A stretch of DNA of 64,000 nucleotides from Patescibacteria group bacterium (GTDB taxonomy: Bacteria; Patescibacteriota; UBA1384; XYA2-FULL-43-10; 1-14-0-10-43-13): NCBI GenBank assembly GCA_041674765.1, contig JBAYVE010000001.1, positions 2,321-66,320 of the forward strand, written 5' to 3'. Below are positions 47,022 through 57,235 of the stretch, piece after piece. Each line of letters starts with the position of its first letter. The first letter of the stretch is position 1. A program made the translations under genes and the position numbers. The notes beneath the pieces are model-generated. The model was not told the DNA's origin, ran no database searches, and saw only the letters and a program-made list of their open reading frames with translations.

Positions 47022-47447
47022 ATGAAAAATGAGAGGTATCAGGGTATTTTCCAATTTATAAAATTTGGGCTAGTTGGCGTGTCAAACACCGCCGTCGACT
47101 GGGTGATCTTTTTTCTCCTGACTATTACTTTTTTAAAGGAGGCCGAAACCTTTGCCAAAGCCCTTGCTTTTCTGGTCGCTATGTTGAACTCCTATCTCTG
47201 GAACACAATATGGACCTTCAAGAAGGAGTACAGGGATGCTACAGCGATAGAGGGTACAAATGTGAAGAGAGCTATCTTTATGAAATTTGCGGTTGTGAGC
47301 ATACTTGGCTGGGGGTTAAACACGCTCGCCTTTAATTTTACTCGCTTTGATCTCGATCAATCAAAAGTGATTGCATTAATCGTTGCTTCAGCGGTAGCCA
47401 CTCTGCTAAATTATTTTGCCAACAAACTCTGGACTTACAAGAAATAA
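47022..47447 (+). CDS. GtrA family flippase-like protein
   Basis: FIKFGLVGVSNTAVD, NSYLWN..WTF, NYFANKLWTY. Confidence 0.92.
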   Translation: MKNERYQGIFQFIKFGLVGVSNTAVDWVIFFLLTITFLKEAETFAKALAFLVAMLNSYLWNTIWTFKKEYRDATAIEGTNVKRAIFMKFAVVSILGWGLNTLAFNFTRFDLDQSKVIALIVASAVATLLNYFANKLWTYKK

Positions 47448-47655
47448 GCAGCAAACAGTAAACTAGTTTTAAGCTGTTAAGTCTCAAACAGTGAGTTGAG
47501 CCTATAATACTTACTTTTTGGCCTGGCCAATACTCTTATTTTTAGCCTTCAACTTTTTGCTTTTAGGCTAATGTTAGTTCTCGCTTGCCTTTCGAGCAAA
47601 ACGGTTGTAATATTATCCTATAATTTTCGCAAATCTAATTTTTTATTGGAGAAAT

Positions 47656-48939
47656 ATGGCAAAGGAAAAAGGCAAGGTTGCAATTGTTGGTTTGGGATAC
47701 GTTGGTCTGCCGCTGGCTCTATTGGCCTCAAGAAAGGGATTTGAGGTTGTTGGTATTGATATTAATGAACAAAAGATTTCTCTCTTAAACGAACGCAAAA
47801 TGCCCTTTGTCGATGCAAAATTACAGAAAGAACTTTTGTTGACCAAGGCTAAATTCTATTCGGATATTGAAAAGATCTCCAGCGCAGAAACTATTGTAGT
47901 CTGCGTACCAACACCCGTTTATGACAATTATCTTCCCAATTTGGAACCAGTGAAGGGTGCAATGGATGGAATTGCCAAACAATTGAAGAAAGGGCAGCTG
48001 GTGATACTCGAGTCAACCGTCAACCCGGGTGTTTCCGATGAAGTAGCAATCCCAATTCTTGAGCAGAGCTCCGGTTTGAAGGTGAGCACAGACTTCTATT
48101 TTGCTCATTGTCCTGAGCGGATAAATCCTGGTGACGACAAATGGGATGTAGAAAATATTCCCCGTGTGGTTGGGGGGTCCGATAACCAAGCTTTGAAAAA
48201 GGCAACGACCTTCTACGAAGGGATTCTATCGGGCTCCGTAAAGCCGATGGGTTCTCTAAAAGAAGCAGAGGCCGTGAAAATTGTCGAAAATTCCTTCCGG
48301 GATATCAACATTGCCTTCGTCAATGAACTTGCTCAGTCATTTGCCCATTTGGGAATTGACGTCGTTAATGTCATCGAAGGTGCAGCCACTAAGCCTTTTT
48401 CATTTTTAGCCCATTTCCCTGGCTGTGGCGTTGGCGGCCATTGTATCCCAGTCGACCCGTACTATCTAATCGAATATGCCAAGAAAAATGGTTTCGAACA
48501 TGATTTTCTGCGTTTGGCTAGGAGAATAAACAACCAAATGCCGAGTTATGCCGTCAGCCAGATGGTCGAGGGGCTAAATGAGGCCAATAAATCAATCAAG
48601 GGTTCCGTAATTGCTGTTTTGGGTTTGGCTTATAAGTCGGGGATTGACGACTGCCGTGAGAGTCCCGCTTTCAAAATCATTGAGGAGTTAAAGGGATTGG
48701 GCGCTACTGTCAGGGTTTTTGATCCCTTCGTTATGGCCAAATCTGATGTTCAGAACTTGGATGAGGCTTTATCCGGTGCTACTGCCGTGATGGTCACAAC
48801 CGGCCATAAAATTTTCAAAGATTTGTTGCCTGATGATCTTTCCAAATACAAGATCAAGGTAGTGGTAGACGGACGGAATTGCCTAAATAAGGATAAGTTT
48901 AGAAACTCAAAATTAATTTATAAAGCCATAGGACGGTAA
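47656..48939 (+). CDS. Nucleotide-sugar dehydrogenase (WecC/WbpA/TviB type)
   Basis: GLGYVGLP, CVPTP, ESTVNPG, PERINPG, GVGGHCIPVDP. Confidence 0.93.
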   Translation: MAKEKGKVAIVGLGYVGLPLALLASRKGFEVVGIDINEQKISLLNERKMPFVDAKLQKELLLTKAKFYSDIEKISSAETIVVCVPTPVYDNYLPNLEPVKGAMDGIAKQLKKGQLVILESTVNPGVSDEVAIPILEQSSGLKVSTDFYFAHCPERINPGDDKWDVENIPRVVGGSDNQALKKATTFYEGILSGSVKPMGSLKEAEAVKIVENSFRDINIAFVNELAQSFAHLGIDVVNVIEGAATKPFSFLAHFPGCGVGGHCIPVDPYYLIEYAKKNGFEHDFLRLARRINNQMPSYAVSQMVEGLNEANKSIKGSVIAVLGLAYKSGIDDCRESPAFKIIEELKGLGATVRVFDPFVMAKSDVQNLDEALSGATAVMVTTGHKIFKDLLPDDLSKYKIKVVVDGRNCLNKDKFRNSKLIYKAIGR

Positions 48940-50048
48940 TGTCTGAAGAAGTTCTTTGGAAAAAAATAGAGGGAGGGGTTTTTGTCATCGCCGAAATTGG
49001 CAAGAATTTCATCCAATCCGAAGAAGAGAAACCGGTTTTAGAATATTTGAAAAATGCCAAAAAACTTGCGTTGGCTGCCAAAGAAGCAGGTGCTGATGCT
49101 GTTAAGTTCCAGACCCATAATGTAGAAGATGAACAGATACAAACCAAAGTCGTCTCGCCTCATTTCAAAGGCATGGACCGCTACTCCTGGGTTAAACGCA
49201 ATACACTCGTAACTCCTTTGGAAGGTTTCTGGAAGCCGCTAAAAGCGTATTGTGACCAGATAGGAATCACGTTCTTTTCCACGCCGATGTCTCGTGGGGC
49301 TGCAGAGATTGTGGAGAAAATCGGTGTTGACCTTTGGAAGGTTGGATCAGGCGATATTTTAGACTTTGTCATGCTTGATTATTTGACTCAGACAAAAAAA
49401 CCGATCATTCTCTCAGCCGGAATGTCCACTTTGGAGGAGTTGGACCTTGCTTTGAATTTCCTGAAGAAAAGGAAGTCAAAATTCGCACTTTTGCACTGTG
49501 TTTCCCAATATCCCTGTCCTTTGGAGAAGCTAAATTTGTCGACGCTTGAATATTTCAAAGAGAGATATGAATGCCCGATCGGTTTTTCTGATCATTCGGT
49601 TGGTGAACAGGTGGCTCTTGCCGCAGTCAAGCAAGGCGCCAAAATTATTGAGAAACATTTTTCCTTCGGTCGTGATTTATGGGGCTCTGATCACAAAGTC
49701 TCGATGACACCTAAGGAGATGAAAGAGATGATAGACAAAATCCGTTTGCTGGAGAAGAAAATTTTTGTTGGGACGGACGAACAGTTGATTAAAAAAGCGA
49801 TGGGCAAGAAGGGAAAAATACTGCAGGAGGACGAAGCAGTCTTCCGTCCATTTTTTCGGAAGGCGCTAGTAGCCGGATGTGAGATTAAAAAGGGTGAGAA
49901 AATACAGCCGGAGATGATATATGCGATGAGACCGCAAGCATATATAGCCGGGCTTCACTCTGAAGAATATGAAAAAATAGTCGGTAAAGTTGCCAAAAAA
50001 AAATTTTCCAAATATGAGCCTTTTGATATTGATAGTATTTATAATTGA
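48939..50048 (+). CDS. neuB: N-acetylneuraminate/nonulosonate synthase (NeuB family, SAF domain)
   Basis: IAEIG, GADAVKFQ, KVGSGD, LHCVSQYP, GFSDH, IIEKHF. Confidence 0.9.
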   Translation: MSEEVLWKKIEGGVFVIAEIGKNFIQSEEEKPVLEYLKNAKKLALAAKEAGADAVKFQTHNVEDEQIQTKVVSPHFKGMDRYSWVKRNTLVTPLEGFWKPLKAYCDQIGITFFSTPMSRGAAEIVEKIGVDLWKVGSGDILDFVMLDYLTQTKKPIILSAGMSTLEELDLALNFLKKRKSKFALLHCVSQYPCPLEKLNLSTLEYFKERYECPIGFSDHSVGEQVALAAVKQGAKIIEKHFSFGRDLWGSDHKVSMTPKEMKEMIDKIRLLEKKIFVGTDEQLIKKAMGKKGKILQEDEAVFRPFFRKALVAGCEIKKGEKIQPEMIYAMRPQAYIAGLHSEEYEKIVGKVAKKKFSKYEPFDIDSIYN

Positions 50049-51394
50049 CGGTTCATTCTATGAGCATTAAAAAACTGTTAGGTGAGATGGTAAAGATATT
50101 CATTAATTTTCTAAGAGTGTTAAAGAGTCATTGGTTTGTAATATTTTTGCTTGCTGTCGGTCTCTTTTATTCATTTTATAGCGCTGTTTTTCTGAAACCT
50201 CATGATGCAGACAATCTAATTGCGCTCTCCTTCGGCTTAAGAAACCCTTCTGAGTTTATTACGGGGTCTTTTACTTCATATTTTCCGGCTTACCGTCCGT
50301 TGGCACAGCTTATTATCTGGTTCCAGTATCAGATTTCAGGCGTAAGCTCTTCAGAGAGTTACTTTGTTATAAATATTCTAATTTGGCTTCTTTGCGCTGT
50401 TTTTGTATATCTGATTGTCCATAATCTAACAAAGCACAAAGTTGCCTCTGCTGCCGCTTCTTTATTACTGTTTCTCGATCAGCGATCTTTCAATTCGATT
50501 ATTTGGATAGGCGAAAGACAGAGTTCGTTAGCTGTTCTATTCGGTTTGGCTGCTTTGTTCGTCAGCCTTCGTACCAATCGATATAACATTGCTCGGATCT
50601 TCTTGATTATGTTTTTATTACTTGCTGCTATGCTGTGCAAAGAATATGGAATTGCTTTTGCCGGCGCAATTGTTCTTATCGCTTTTACTAAGAAAAAAGA
50701 CAAAGGCAAGTTAATCTTGGCCTCAATTCTTTCTGTTGTTATCTATTTCGTGATGCGTTTTGTTATCGCTAGTGGCGGGGGCCTGCGTAATTACTGCGAA
50801 GATATGGGCTATTTTCAAACGGTCGCATATATTTGTTATCAAAATTTGCCGCTGATGGTTGAGATCAAACAGCATATCTATAATACCGGTGCATCGTTCA
50901 TAGGCACCTTTATGCCATTGGCCTTCACCGATAAGGGGCAGATAATTCTATCGCCGGAAATAATTATTCATTATGCCCCGAGCTTTGTTCTGGCGTTGTG
51001 GGTAACTTGTCTTGCTATCTTTGCACTAATAAAGCAACACAAGAAGGCCTTACCCTTTTTGGGTTTAATAATCTTCTGTGCCATCCTAAATTTTATGCTT
51101 TACCGCGGACGCAATCAGTTGGTCGGAGTGACCGGCTTATCGATAATTTTCGGTTTGGGCCTCTCTGGTTTAAAGGTGAAGAAGCAATTAATACCGCTCT
51201 TTTGCTTTGTTATAGTTTTTTTAATACTTTTATTTCCGGGCAGGAGGCTTAGAAATGATATTCTTGAATACACGGCGCTTGAACCCAGCAATACCTACTG
51301 CTTGCAGGAGAGATACCCATTTGATATTAATAGGGATGTGGTTAGCAATTTAAATCAAAAATACAATCTAATATTTAGGGAATGTGATGACTAA
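50045..51394 (+). CDS. Polytopic membrane protein, GT-C-like glycosyltransferase candidate
   Basis: About 10 hydrophobic segments, YRPL motif, W...R and KE motifs. Confidence 0.6.
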   Translation: MTVHSMSIKKLLGEMVKIFINFLRVLKSHWFVIFLLAVGLFYSFYSAVFLKPHDADNLIALSFGLRNPSEFITGSFTSYFPAYRPLAQLIIWFQYQISGVSSSESYFVINILIWLLCAVFVYLIVHNLTKHKVASAAASLLLFLDQRSFNSIIWIGERQSSLAVLFGLAALFVSLRTNRYNIARIFLIMFLLLAAMLCKEYGIAFAGAIVLIAFTKKKDKGKLILASILSVVIYFVMRFVIASGGGLRNYCEDMGYFQTVAYICYQNLPLMVEIKQHIYNTGASFIGTFMPLAFTDKGQIILSPEIIIHYAPSFVLALWVTCLAIFALIKQHKKALPFLGLIIFCAILNFMLYRGRNQLVGVTGLSIIFGLGLSGLKVKKQLIPLFCFVIVFLILLFPGRRLRNDILEYTALEPSNTYCLQERYPFDINRDVVSNLNQKYNLIFRECDD

Positions 51395-52166
51395 AAATAC
51401 CAAAGTAGTTATTCTGGCCGGAGGGCTTGGAACAAGGATAAGCGAAGAAACGACCCTAAAACCGAAACCAATGGTAGAGATCGGAGGCAAACCGATCCTC
51501 TGGCATATAATGAAGATCTATTCAGAACAGGGTTTCAATGATTTCATTATTTGCCTTGGCTACAAGGGTTTTTACATCAAAGAATGGTTTAGTCATTACT
51601 ATCTTCATCGGTCTGATGTTACCTTTGATTTTGAAAAGAACCAGACGATATTCCATAATCCCAAATCAGAAGATTGGAAGGTGACTCTAGCCGATACAGG
51701 GGAAGCAACGATGACGGGTGGCAGAATCAAGCGAATCAAGGATTATATTGGCGATAAGACTTTTATGCTGACCTATGGAGACGGGGTCAGCGATGTGGAT
51801 ATAAACAAGTTGCTGAAATTCCACAAAAGAAGCAAAAAGATTGCGACTATGACCTCAGTTATTCCGGAGGGCAGATTTGGTGCCCTGAAACTAATGGGAT
51901 CAAAAGTTAAAAATTTTGCTGAGAAGCACGATAACAAGTCAAGGATCAACGCCGGATTCTTTGTACTAGAACCAGCGATTTTTAACTATATTGAAGGAGA
52001 TGAAACTGTTTTCGAGCAGGAGCCACTGCAAAGGTTAGCGGAGGAAGGGCAGCTGGTAACTTTTAAACACGAAGGTTTCTGGAAGGCGATGGATAGTTTG
52101 TCGGATAAAAATAAATTGGAAGCGATGTGGGAAAACTGCGACGCTCCCTGGAAGACTTGGGAATAA
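51384..52166 (+). CDS. rfbF: Glucose-1-phosphate cytidylyltransferase
   Basis: LAGGLGTRISEET..KPKPMVEIG, TMTGGRIKR, LTYGDG. Confidence 0.96.
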   Translation: MMTKNTKVVILAGGLGTRISEETTLKPKPMVEIGGKPILWHIMKIYSEQGFNDFIICLGYKGFYIKEWFSHYYLHRSDVTFDFEKNQTIFHNPKSEDWKVTLADTGEATMTGGRIKRIKDYIGDKTFMLTYGDGVSDVDINKLLKFHKRSKKIATMTSVIPEGRFGALKLMGSKVKNFAEKHDNKSRINAGFFVLEPAIFNYIEGDETVFEQEPLQRLAEEGQLVTFKHEGFWKAMDSLSDKNKLEAMWENCDAPWKTWE

Positions 52167-52167
52167 A

Positions 52168-53238
52168 ATGCAGATCACGGAGTTTATAAAAGGCAAAAAG
52201 TTTTTAGTAACAGGACATACCGGTTTTAAAGGGGCTTGGCTGACTAAAATTATTCTTCAGTTCGGCGGAGAGGTCTCAGGTTACGCCCTGGCGCCGAATA
52301 CGTCCCCTTCCCTTTTTGAGGCCTTAGGTTTGAAGTCTCAGATAGAGAATCATTTTGGTGATATTAGAGATCTCGAAAAATTTGATAAAGTAGTAGCTGC
52401 TTACAAGCCTGATGTTATTCTCCATCTTGCTGCTCAACCATTGGTTCGGGCATCTTATGATAAACCGGTTTATACTTTCGAGGCAAATGTTATTGGCACA
52501 GTTAACGTGCTAGAAAGTATCCGCAGAAATAAGATAAAATCCGGTGTCATTATCACGACCGACAAAGTATACAAAAATCTGGAGAAGGATGTTTTATTTA
52601 AAGAAGAAGATGCACTCGGGGGACACGATCCCTATAGTGCCAGCAAGGCTTGCACGGAGATAGTTGCTGATTCGTATATCAAATCATTTTTTTCAACCGA
52701 AAAGTATAAGAAAGATCATGAAACCCTAATAGCTACTGCCCGTGCCGGCAACGTCATTGGCGGGGGAGACTGGGCAGAGGATCGGCTGATTCCAGATGTC
52801 GTACGTTCACTTTTTACCACAAAGGAGACGCTGATCCTGAGAAATCCATCTGCAGTTAGGCCTTGGCAACATGTTTTCGAGTCACTTTATGGTTATCTGC
52901 TATTGGCTTGCCGGCTACACAACGGCGAAAAAAACTTTGTCGGCGCCTGGAATTTCGGCCCTGAAAAAAGTGATATGCTCAAGGTTGAAGAAATCATCAA
53001 GAAGCTTCTTGGAATTCTAGGCAATTATAAAGTCTGCCCTGACCCAGCCAAACCGGAGATGATGCTTTTGAAATTGGACAACAGTCGAGCCAAAGAACTT
53101 TTGAAATGGAAAACTACCTATAACATTGATCAGGCCGTAGAAACGACAGCGGCTTGGTATAGAGCATTTTTTAATGAGAAAAATAAAATAGGAGAATTTT
53201 CCGAGTCACAAATAAAAGAATATTTCCATAATAAATAA
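52168..53238 (+). CDS. rfbG: CDP-glucose 4,6-dehydratase
   Basis: TGHTGFKGAWL, HLAAQPLVR, TTDKVY, DPYSASK, RAGNVIGGGDW, RPWQHV. Confidence 0.96.
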   Translation: MQITEFIKGKKFLVTGHTGFKGAWLTKIILQFGGEVSGYALAPNTSPSLFEALGLKSQIENHFGDIRDLEKFDKVVAAYKPDVILHLAAQPLVRASYDKPVYTFEANVIGTVNVLESIRRNKIKSGVIITTDKVYKNLEKDVLFKEEDALGGHDPYSASKACTEIVADSYIKSFFSTEKYKKDHETLIATARAGNVIGGGDWAEDRLIPDVVRSLFTTKETLILRNPSAVRPWQHVFESLYGYLLLACRLHNGEKNFVGAWNFGPEKSDMLKVEEIIKKLLGILGNYKVCPDPAKPEMMLLKLDNSRAKELLKWKTTYNIDQAVETTAAWYRAFFNEKNKIGEFSESQIKEYFHNK

Positions 53239-53247
53239 AGGTTAGAG

Positions 53248-54540
53248 ATGAAAAAAGATATCAGGAATTTAGTAAAAAAGCATTTCAAGGCTCAATCAAA
53301 TAACGGCGCGATACCTGTCAGCCGGAAGATTTTTGACGAGGAGGAGCTGGGAAATTTGATCGAGGCATCGCTAGAAGGATGGTGGACTGAAGGAAAATGG
53401 GCGGCCCTTTTTGAAGACAAACTGAAAGAGTTCTTGGGTGTGAAGTTTGTCCATGCGGTCAACTCCGGCTCATCAGCCAATTTGCTTGCCTTCTCAGCCC
53501 TTTGTTCGCCATCTTTAGGGGAACGCCAGTTAAAGCCAGGGGATGAGGTAATAACGCTTGCTGCCGGATTTCCAACGACTGTGAATCCGATCATCCAAAA
53601 CAGTTGTATCCCCGTCTTTGTTGATATTGATCTCGCAACGTATGATATTGATGTTTTGGAAATGGAAAAGGCTCTCTCCAAGAAGACAAAGGCAGTAATG
53701 ATCGCACATACACTTGGCAATCCTTTCAATATCAAATCGGTCAAAAAGTTTTGCCGTGAAAATAATCTCTGGCTGATCGAGGATAATTGCGATGCTTTGG
53801 GGTCGGAATACGCTGGTAAAAAAACAGGCACATTTGGTGATATTGCCACTCTTTCCTTCTATCCGGCTCATCATATCACGACCGCTGAGGGTGGCGCAGT
53901 TATCACCAATAACGCGAAACTATCTAAAATTCTTGTTTCTATCAGGGATTGGGGACGTCATTGTTGGTGTAAAACTGGCACTGACAATACCTGCAAAAAC
54001 CGTTTTAGTTGGCAATTAGGTCAGTTGCCAACCGGCTATGATCACAAATATATCTATGGTGAGCTCGGCTACAACCTAAAACTGAGCGATCTTCATGCTG
54101 CGATTGGTGTCGCTCAAATGGATAAATTAGATAATTTTATCAAAAAGAGGCGTGAAAATTTCAATTATTTATCTCAGAAGTTTGCTTCTTTGGACAATTA
54201 TTTTGCTCTTCCGAAGGCGACAAAAAACGCCGATCCTTCTTGGTTCGGCTATCTTTTGAGGATTACTGACGACAGCATTGACCGAGAAGATCTGCTTAGA
54301 TTCTTAGATAGTAAGAAGGTAGGGACCAGGCTACTTTTCGCCGGTAATTTGATTAAACAGCCGTATATTGCCGGAAACAAAGGCATCAAATATCGAAAAG
54401 TTGGGAACTTAAAAAATACTGACATAGTAATGAATAGAGTTTTTTGGATTGGTCTCTGGCCAGGGCTCAGCAAAGAAGAGCTTGATTATGCTGTAAAAAT
54501 GATCAGCGATTTTATAAGGGAAAAAAATGGCAAAAGTTAA
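53248..54540 (+). CDS. rfbH: CDP-4-keto-6-deoxyglucose 3-dehydrase (E1)
   Basis: VNSGSSANLLA, SFYPAHHIT (His in place of Lys), CWC...NTC, YDHKY. Confidence 0.94.
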   Translation: MKKDIRNLVKKHFKAQSNNGAIPVSRKIFDEEELGNLIEASLEGWWTEGKWAALFEDKLKEFLGVKFVHAVNSGSSANLLAFSALCSPSLGERQLKPGDEVITLAAGFPTTVNPIIQNSCIPVFVDIDLATYDIDVLEMEKALSKKTKAVMIAHTLGNPFNIKSVKKFCRENNLWLIEDNCDALGSEYAGKKTGTFGDIATLSFYPAHHITTAEGGAVITNNAKLSKILVSIRDWGRHCWCKTGTDNTCKNRFSWQLGQLPTGYDHKYIYGELGYNLKLSDLHAAIGVAQMDKLDNFIKKRRENFNYLSQKFASLDNYFALPKATKNADPSWFGYLLRITDDSIDREDLLRFLDSKKVGTRLLFAGNLIKQPYIAGNKGIKYRKVGNLKNTDIVMNRVFWIGLWPGLSKEELDYAVKMISDFIREKNGKS

Positions 54541-56290
54541 ATTATCGGATTATGTTATATCTTTTTTGGCAGAGCATGAGGTTGGATATGTTTTTGGTTA
54601 TATCGGAGGCGCGATTACTCATCTTGTTGATTCGGCTAGCAAAAATCGAAAGATCAAATTTATTCAGGTTTATCATGAGCAGACGGCTTCTATTGCCGCA
54701 GAGGGATATGCAAGGCAAACTGGTAATATCGGCGTAGCAGCGGCGACTAGCGGACCTGGGGCTACCAATATGGTGACTGGCATCGCCGATGCATATTTCG
54801 ACTCAATCCCAACAATCTATCTTACCGGACAAGTAAACACTTATGAATATAAGTATGACAAAAAAGTCCGGCAGCAGGGCTTTCAAGAAACAGACATCGT
54901 CAGCATCGTCAAACCAGTTACGAAGTATGCCAAACTGGTTGATAAGCCAGAAGAGATCCGTTTCGAGCTAGAAAAAGCTTTCTATCTTGCAAAAGAGGGC
55001 AGGCCAGGGCCGGTTCTTTTGGATCTTCCGATGGATATTCAACGAGCAGAGATTGACCCTGGTAAATTGAAGAAGTTCATTCCGGAAAAATCCCTGCCAA
55101 AAGAGCTGAATCTTCTTAAGATCAAAAAAATGCTTGAAAAAAGCAGCCGGCCGATAATTTTGGCGGGCGGTGGTGCTGTAAATTCTGGGGCCGAGAAGGA
55201 GCTTTTCAGGTTTGCGAAGAAGAATAATATTCCCGTCGTCACTTCGTTGATGGGAAAAGGAAGTTTTCCTGAGGAGCACTCGCTTTTTATCGGCATGATC
55301 GGAAGCTATGGTAATCGTGCCGCGAACATCGCTTTATCGAACGCCGATCTTCTTTTGGCTATCGGTAGTCGGCTGGATACAAGACAGGTCGGTACAAACT
55401 TAAAAAGCTTTTTGAGGTCTGGCCGGATAGTACATATCGACATAGATAAAAATGAATTAAAACACAACAGGCTAAACGGCAGAATTACCTTAAATATCGA
55501 TGCAAAAAACTTTCTCAAAAAAATTAATGATCTAAAGATTGAAAAAAGGGATAGGCCTCTGTGGGTCTCTTACATTAAAAAAATAACGGCTATTTATAAT
55601 CAGAAGGTTGAATCGGAGAGAAGATGCCCGAACAAGACCCCATATGACCTAATGGAAGTATTGAACAAGGTGTCTCTAAAAGACCAGATTTTCACTGTCG
55701 ATATTGGCCAAAATCAGATGTTTGCCGGCCAAGGATTAACAATCAGGGAAAGGCAGCGCTTTTATACCAGCGGCGGAATGGCGCCAATGGGTTATGCTAT
55801 GCCCGTGGCGATCGGAGCCAGTTTTGCTGACAAAAAGAAAAAAATTATTGCCATCACTGGGGATGGAGGTTTTCATATCTCAACGCAATCGCTCATGCTA
55901 ATTTCGCAATATAACCTTCCGATAAAGGTAATAATTCTCAATAATGCCTCTCTTGGGATGATAGTCCAATTTCAGGATTTGTATTTCGACTCAAATGAAG
56001 TAGCAACTACCAAATCCGGAGGCTATTTAGTACCAGATTTTAAAGCCATGTCAGCTGCTTACGGTTTGCCATTTATCAAAATTGGCGATTTGTCTAGGCA
56101 GAGGAAGAGATTAGAGGAGGCTTTGGCCTCTCCTGGCGGCATGATTATCGAGGTAAATACTGGCGGGAAAACAATAGTAGCTCCAAAGCTTGAGGTCAAT
56201 TGTCCGATCGAAGATATGAACCCAAGGCTAGATAAGGCAGAGCTGAGAGATAATATGATTATTGATTTATTCGGCGAAGGCAAGGAGTAG
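54527..56290 (+). CDS. Thiamine-diphosphate enzyme, acetolactate-synthase-like (YerE-like by context)
   Basis: HEQ, TSGPGATN, GRPGPV, GDGG...NN ThDP motif; embedded after rfbFGH. Confidence 0.85.
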   Translation: MAKVKLSDYVISFLAEHEVGYVFGYIGGAITHLVDSASKNRKIKFIQVYHEQTASIAAEGYARQTGNIGVAAATSGPGATNMVTGIADAYFDSIPTIYLTGQVNTYEYKYDKKVRQQGFQETDIVSIVKPVTKYAKLVDKPEEIRFELEKAFYLAKEGRPGPVLLDLPMDIQRAEIDPGKLKKFIPEKSLPKELNLLKIKKMLEKSSRPIILAGGGAVNSGAEKELFRFAKKNNIPVVTSLMGKGSFPEEHSLFIGMIGSYGNRAANIALSNADLLLAIGSRLDTRQVGTNLKSFLRSGRIVHIDIDKNELKHNRLNGRITLNIDAKNFLKKINDLKIEKRDRPLWVSYIKKITAIYNQKVESERRCPNKTPYDLMEVLNKVSLKDQIFTVDIGQNQMFAGQGLTIRERQRFYTSGGMAPMGYAMPVAIGASFADKKKKIIAITGDGGFHISTQSLMLISQYNLPIKVIILNNASLGMIVQFQDLYFDSNEVATTKSGGYLVPDFKAMSAAYGLPFIKIGDLSRQRKRLEEALASPGGMIIEVNTGGKTIVAPKLEVNCPIEDMNPRLDKAELRDNMIIDLFGEGKE

Positions 56291-57235
56291 ATGAAAATTT
56301 GTATTTTAGGTGCGTCCAGCCATATTGCTCGAGGATTAGTTTTTAATTTTCTCCAAGAAGGAGAGGATGATCTCTACCTATTTGATAAGGGTATTTATTG
56401 TTTCAATAACTATACTGCCGACTTAAGCTCAAAGAAAGTCAGAAAAATCGGTCTATCGGATAAGTTTGAGTCAGTCAATTTTGACGCTATCATAAATTGT
56501 ATAGGGATTGGTGATCCGGCGAAACTGAAGCAGGCCGGTGGATTTATCTTCGACTTGACGGAAAAATTTGACAACAAGATTTTGAAGTATTTAGAAAAAC
56601 ACAAAAGAACGCTTTATATCAATTTAAGCAGCGGCGCCGTTTTCGGAAAATCTGTGAGCAAACCAATTAACAATTCGACGCTTACAACTCTTGATTTAAA
56701 CAATATCCAACCGGAGGATTATTATTCAATCACAAAAATTAATTGTGAGGCTAAGCACCGAGCACATCCGGATCTTAGAATTATCGATCTTCGTGTTTTC
56801 TCATATTTTAGCCGGTTCATCTCGTTGGAGACTGGTTTTTTCATGACTGATGTCATCAACGCACTTTTGGAGGACAGAGTTTTAGAGACACAAAGTGGTG
56901 ATATGGTTCGAGACTTTATTCATCCGAGTGATTTCTTCGCTTTAGTGAAGAAATGCCTTGCGGCTGATGATATTAATGCAGCCTTCGACGTAGTAAGCAG
57001 AAAGCCGGTCAAAAAGACTGAAATTCTAATACATTTCAAGGACAGGTTCGGTCTAAAGTATAAATTCGTGGATAAAGAAGGTTATATTGAGGCAACTGGT
57101 GCTAAGAATTCTTATTTTTCAAAAAATTTGAAGGCCAAAGAGATTCTTGATTTTATTCCGGAGCATAGCTCGCTTCGAGCTCTCGAAATGGAAACGGAAA
57201 CAATATTATTAGGAGCAAAATGCAAAAGAGATTAA
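56291..57235 (+). CDS. NAD-dependent epimerase/dehydratase/reductase
   Basis: GASSHIA, SSGAVF, YSITK, RDFIH. Confidence 0.85.
   Translation: MKICILGASSHIARGLVFNFLQEGEDDLYLFDKGIYCFNNYTADLSSKKVRKIGLSDKFESVNFDAIINCIGIGDPAKLKQAGGFIFDLTEKFDNKILKYLEKHKRTLYINLSSGAVFGKSVSKPINNSTLTTLDLNNIQPEDYYSITKINCEAKHRAHPDLRIIDLRVFSYFSRFISLETGFFMTDVINALLEDRVLETQSGDMVRDFIHPSDFFALVKKCLAADDINAAFDVVSRKPVKKTEILIHFKDRFGLKYKFVDKEGYIEATGAKNSYFSKNLKAKEILDFIPEHSSLRALEMETETILLGAKCKRD

Noticed and set aside
54527-56290. ilvB of branched-chain amino acid synthesis
   Set aside because: No ilvN/C/D nearby; it overlaps rfbH inside a sugar operon.
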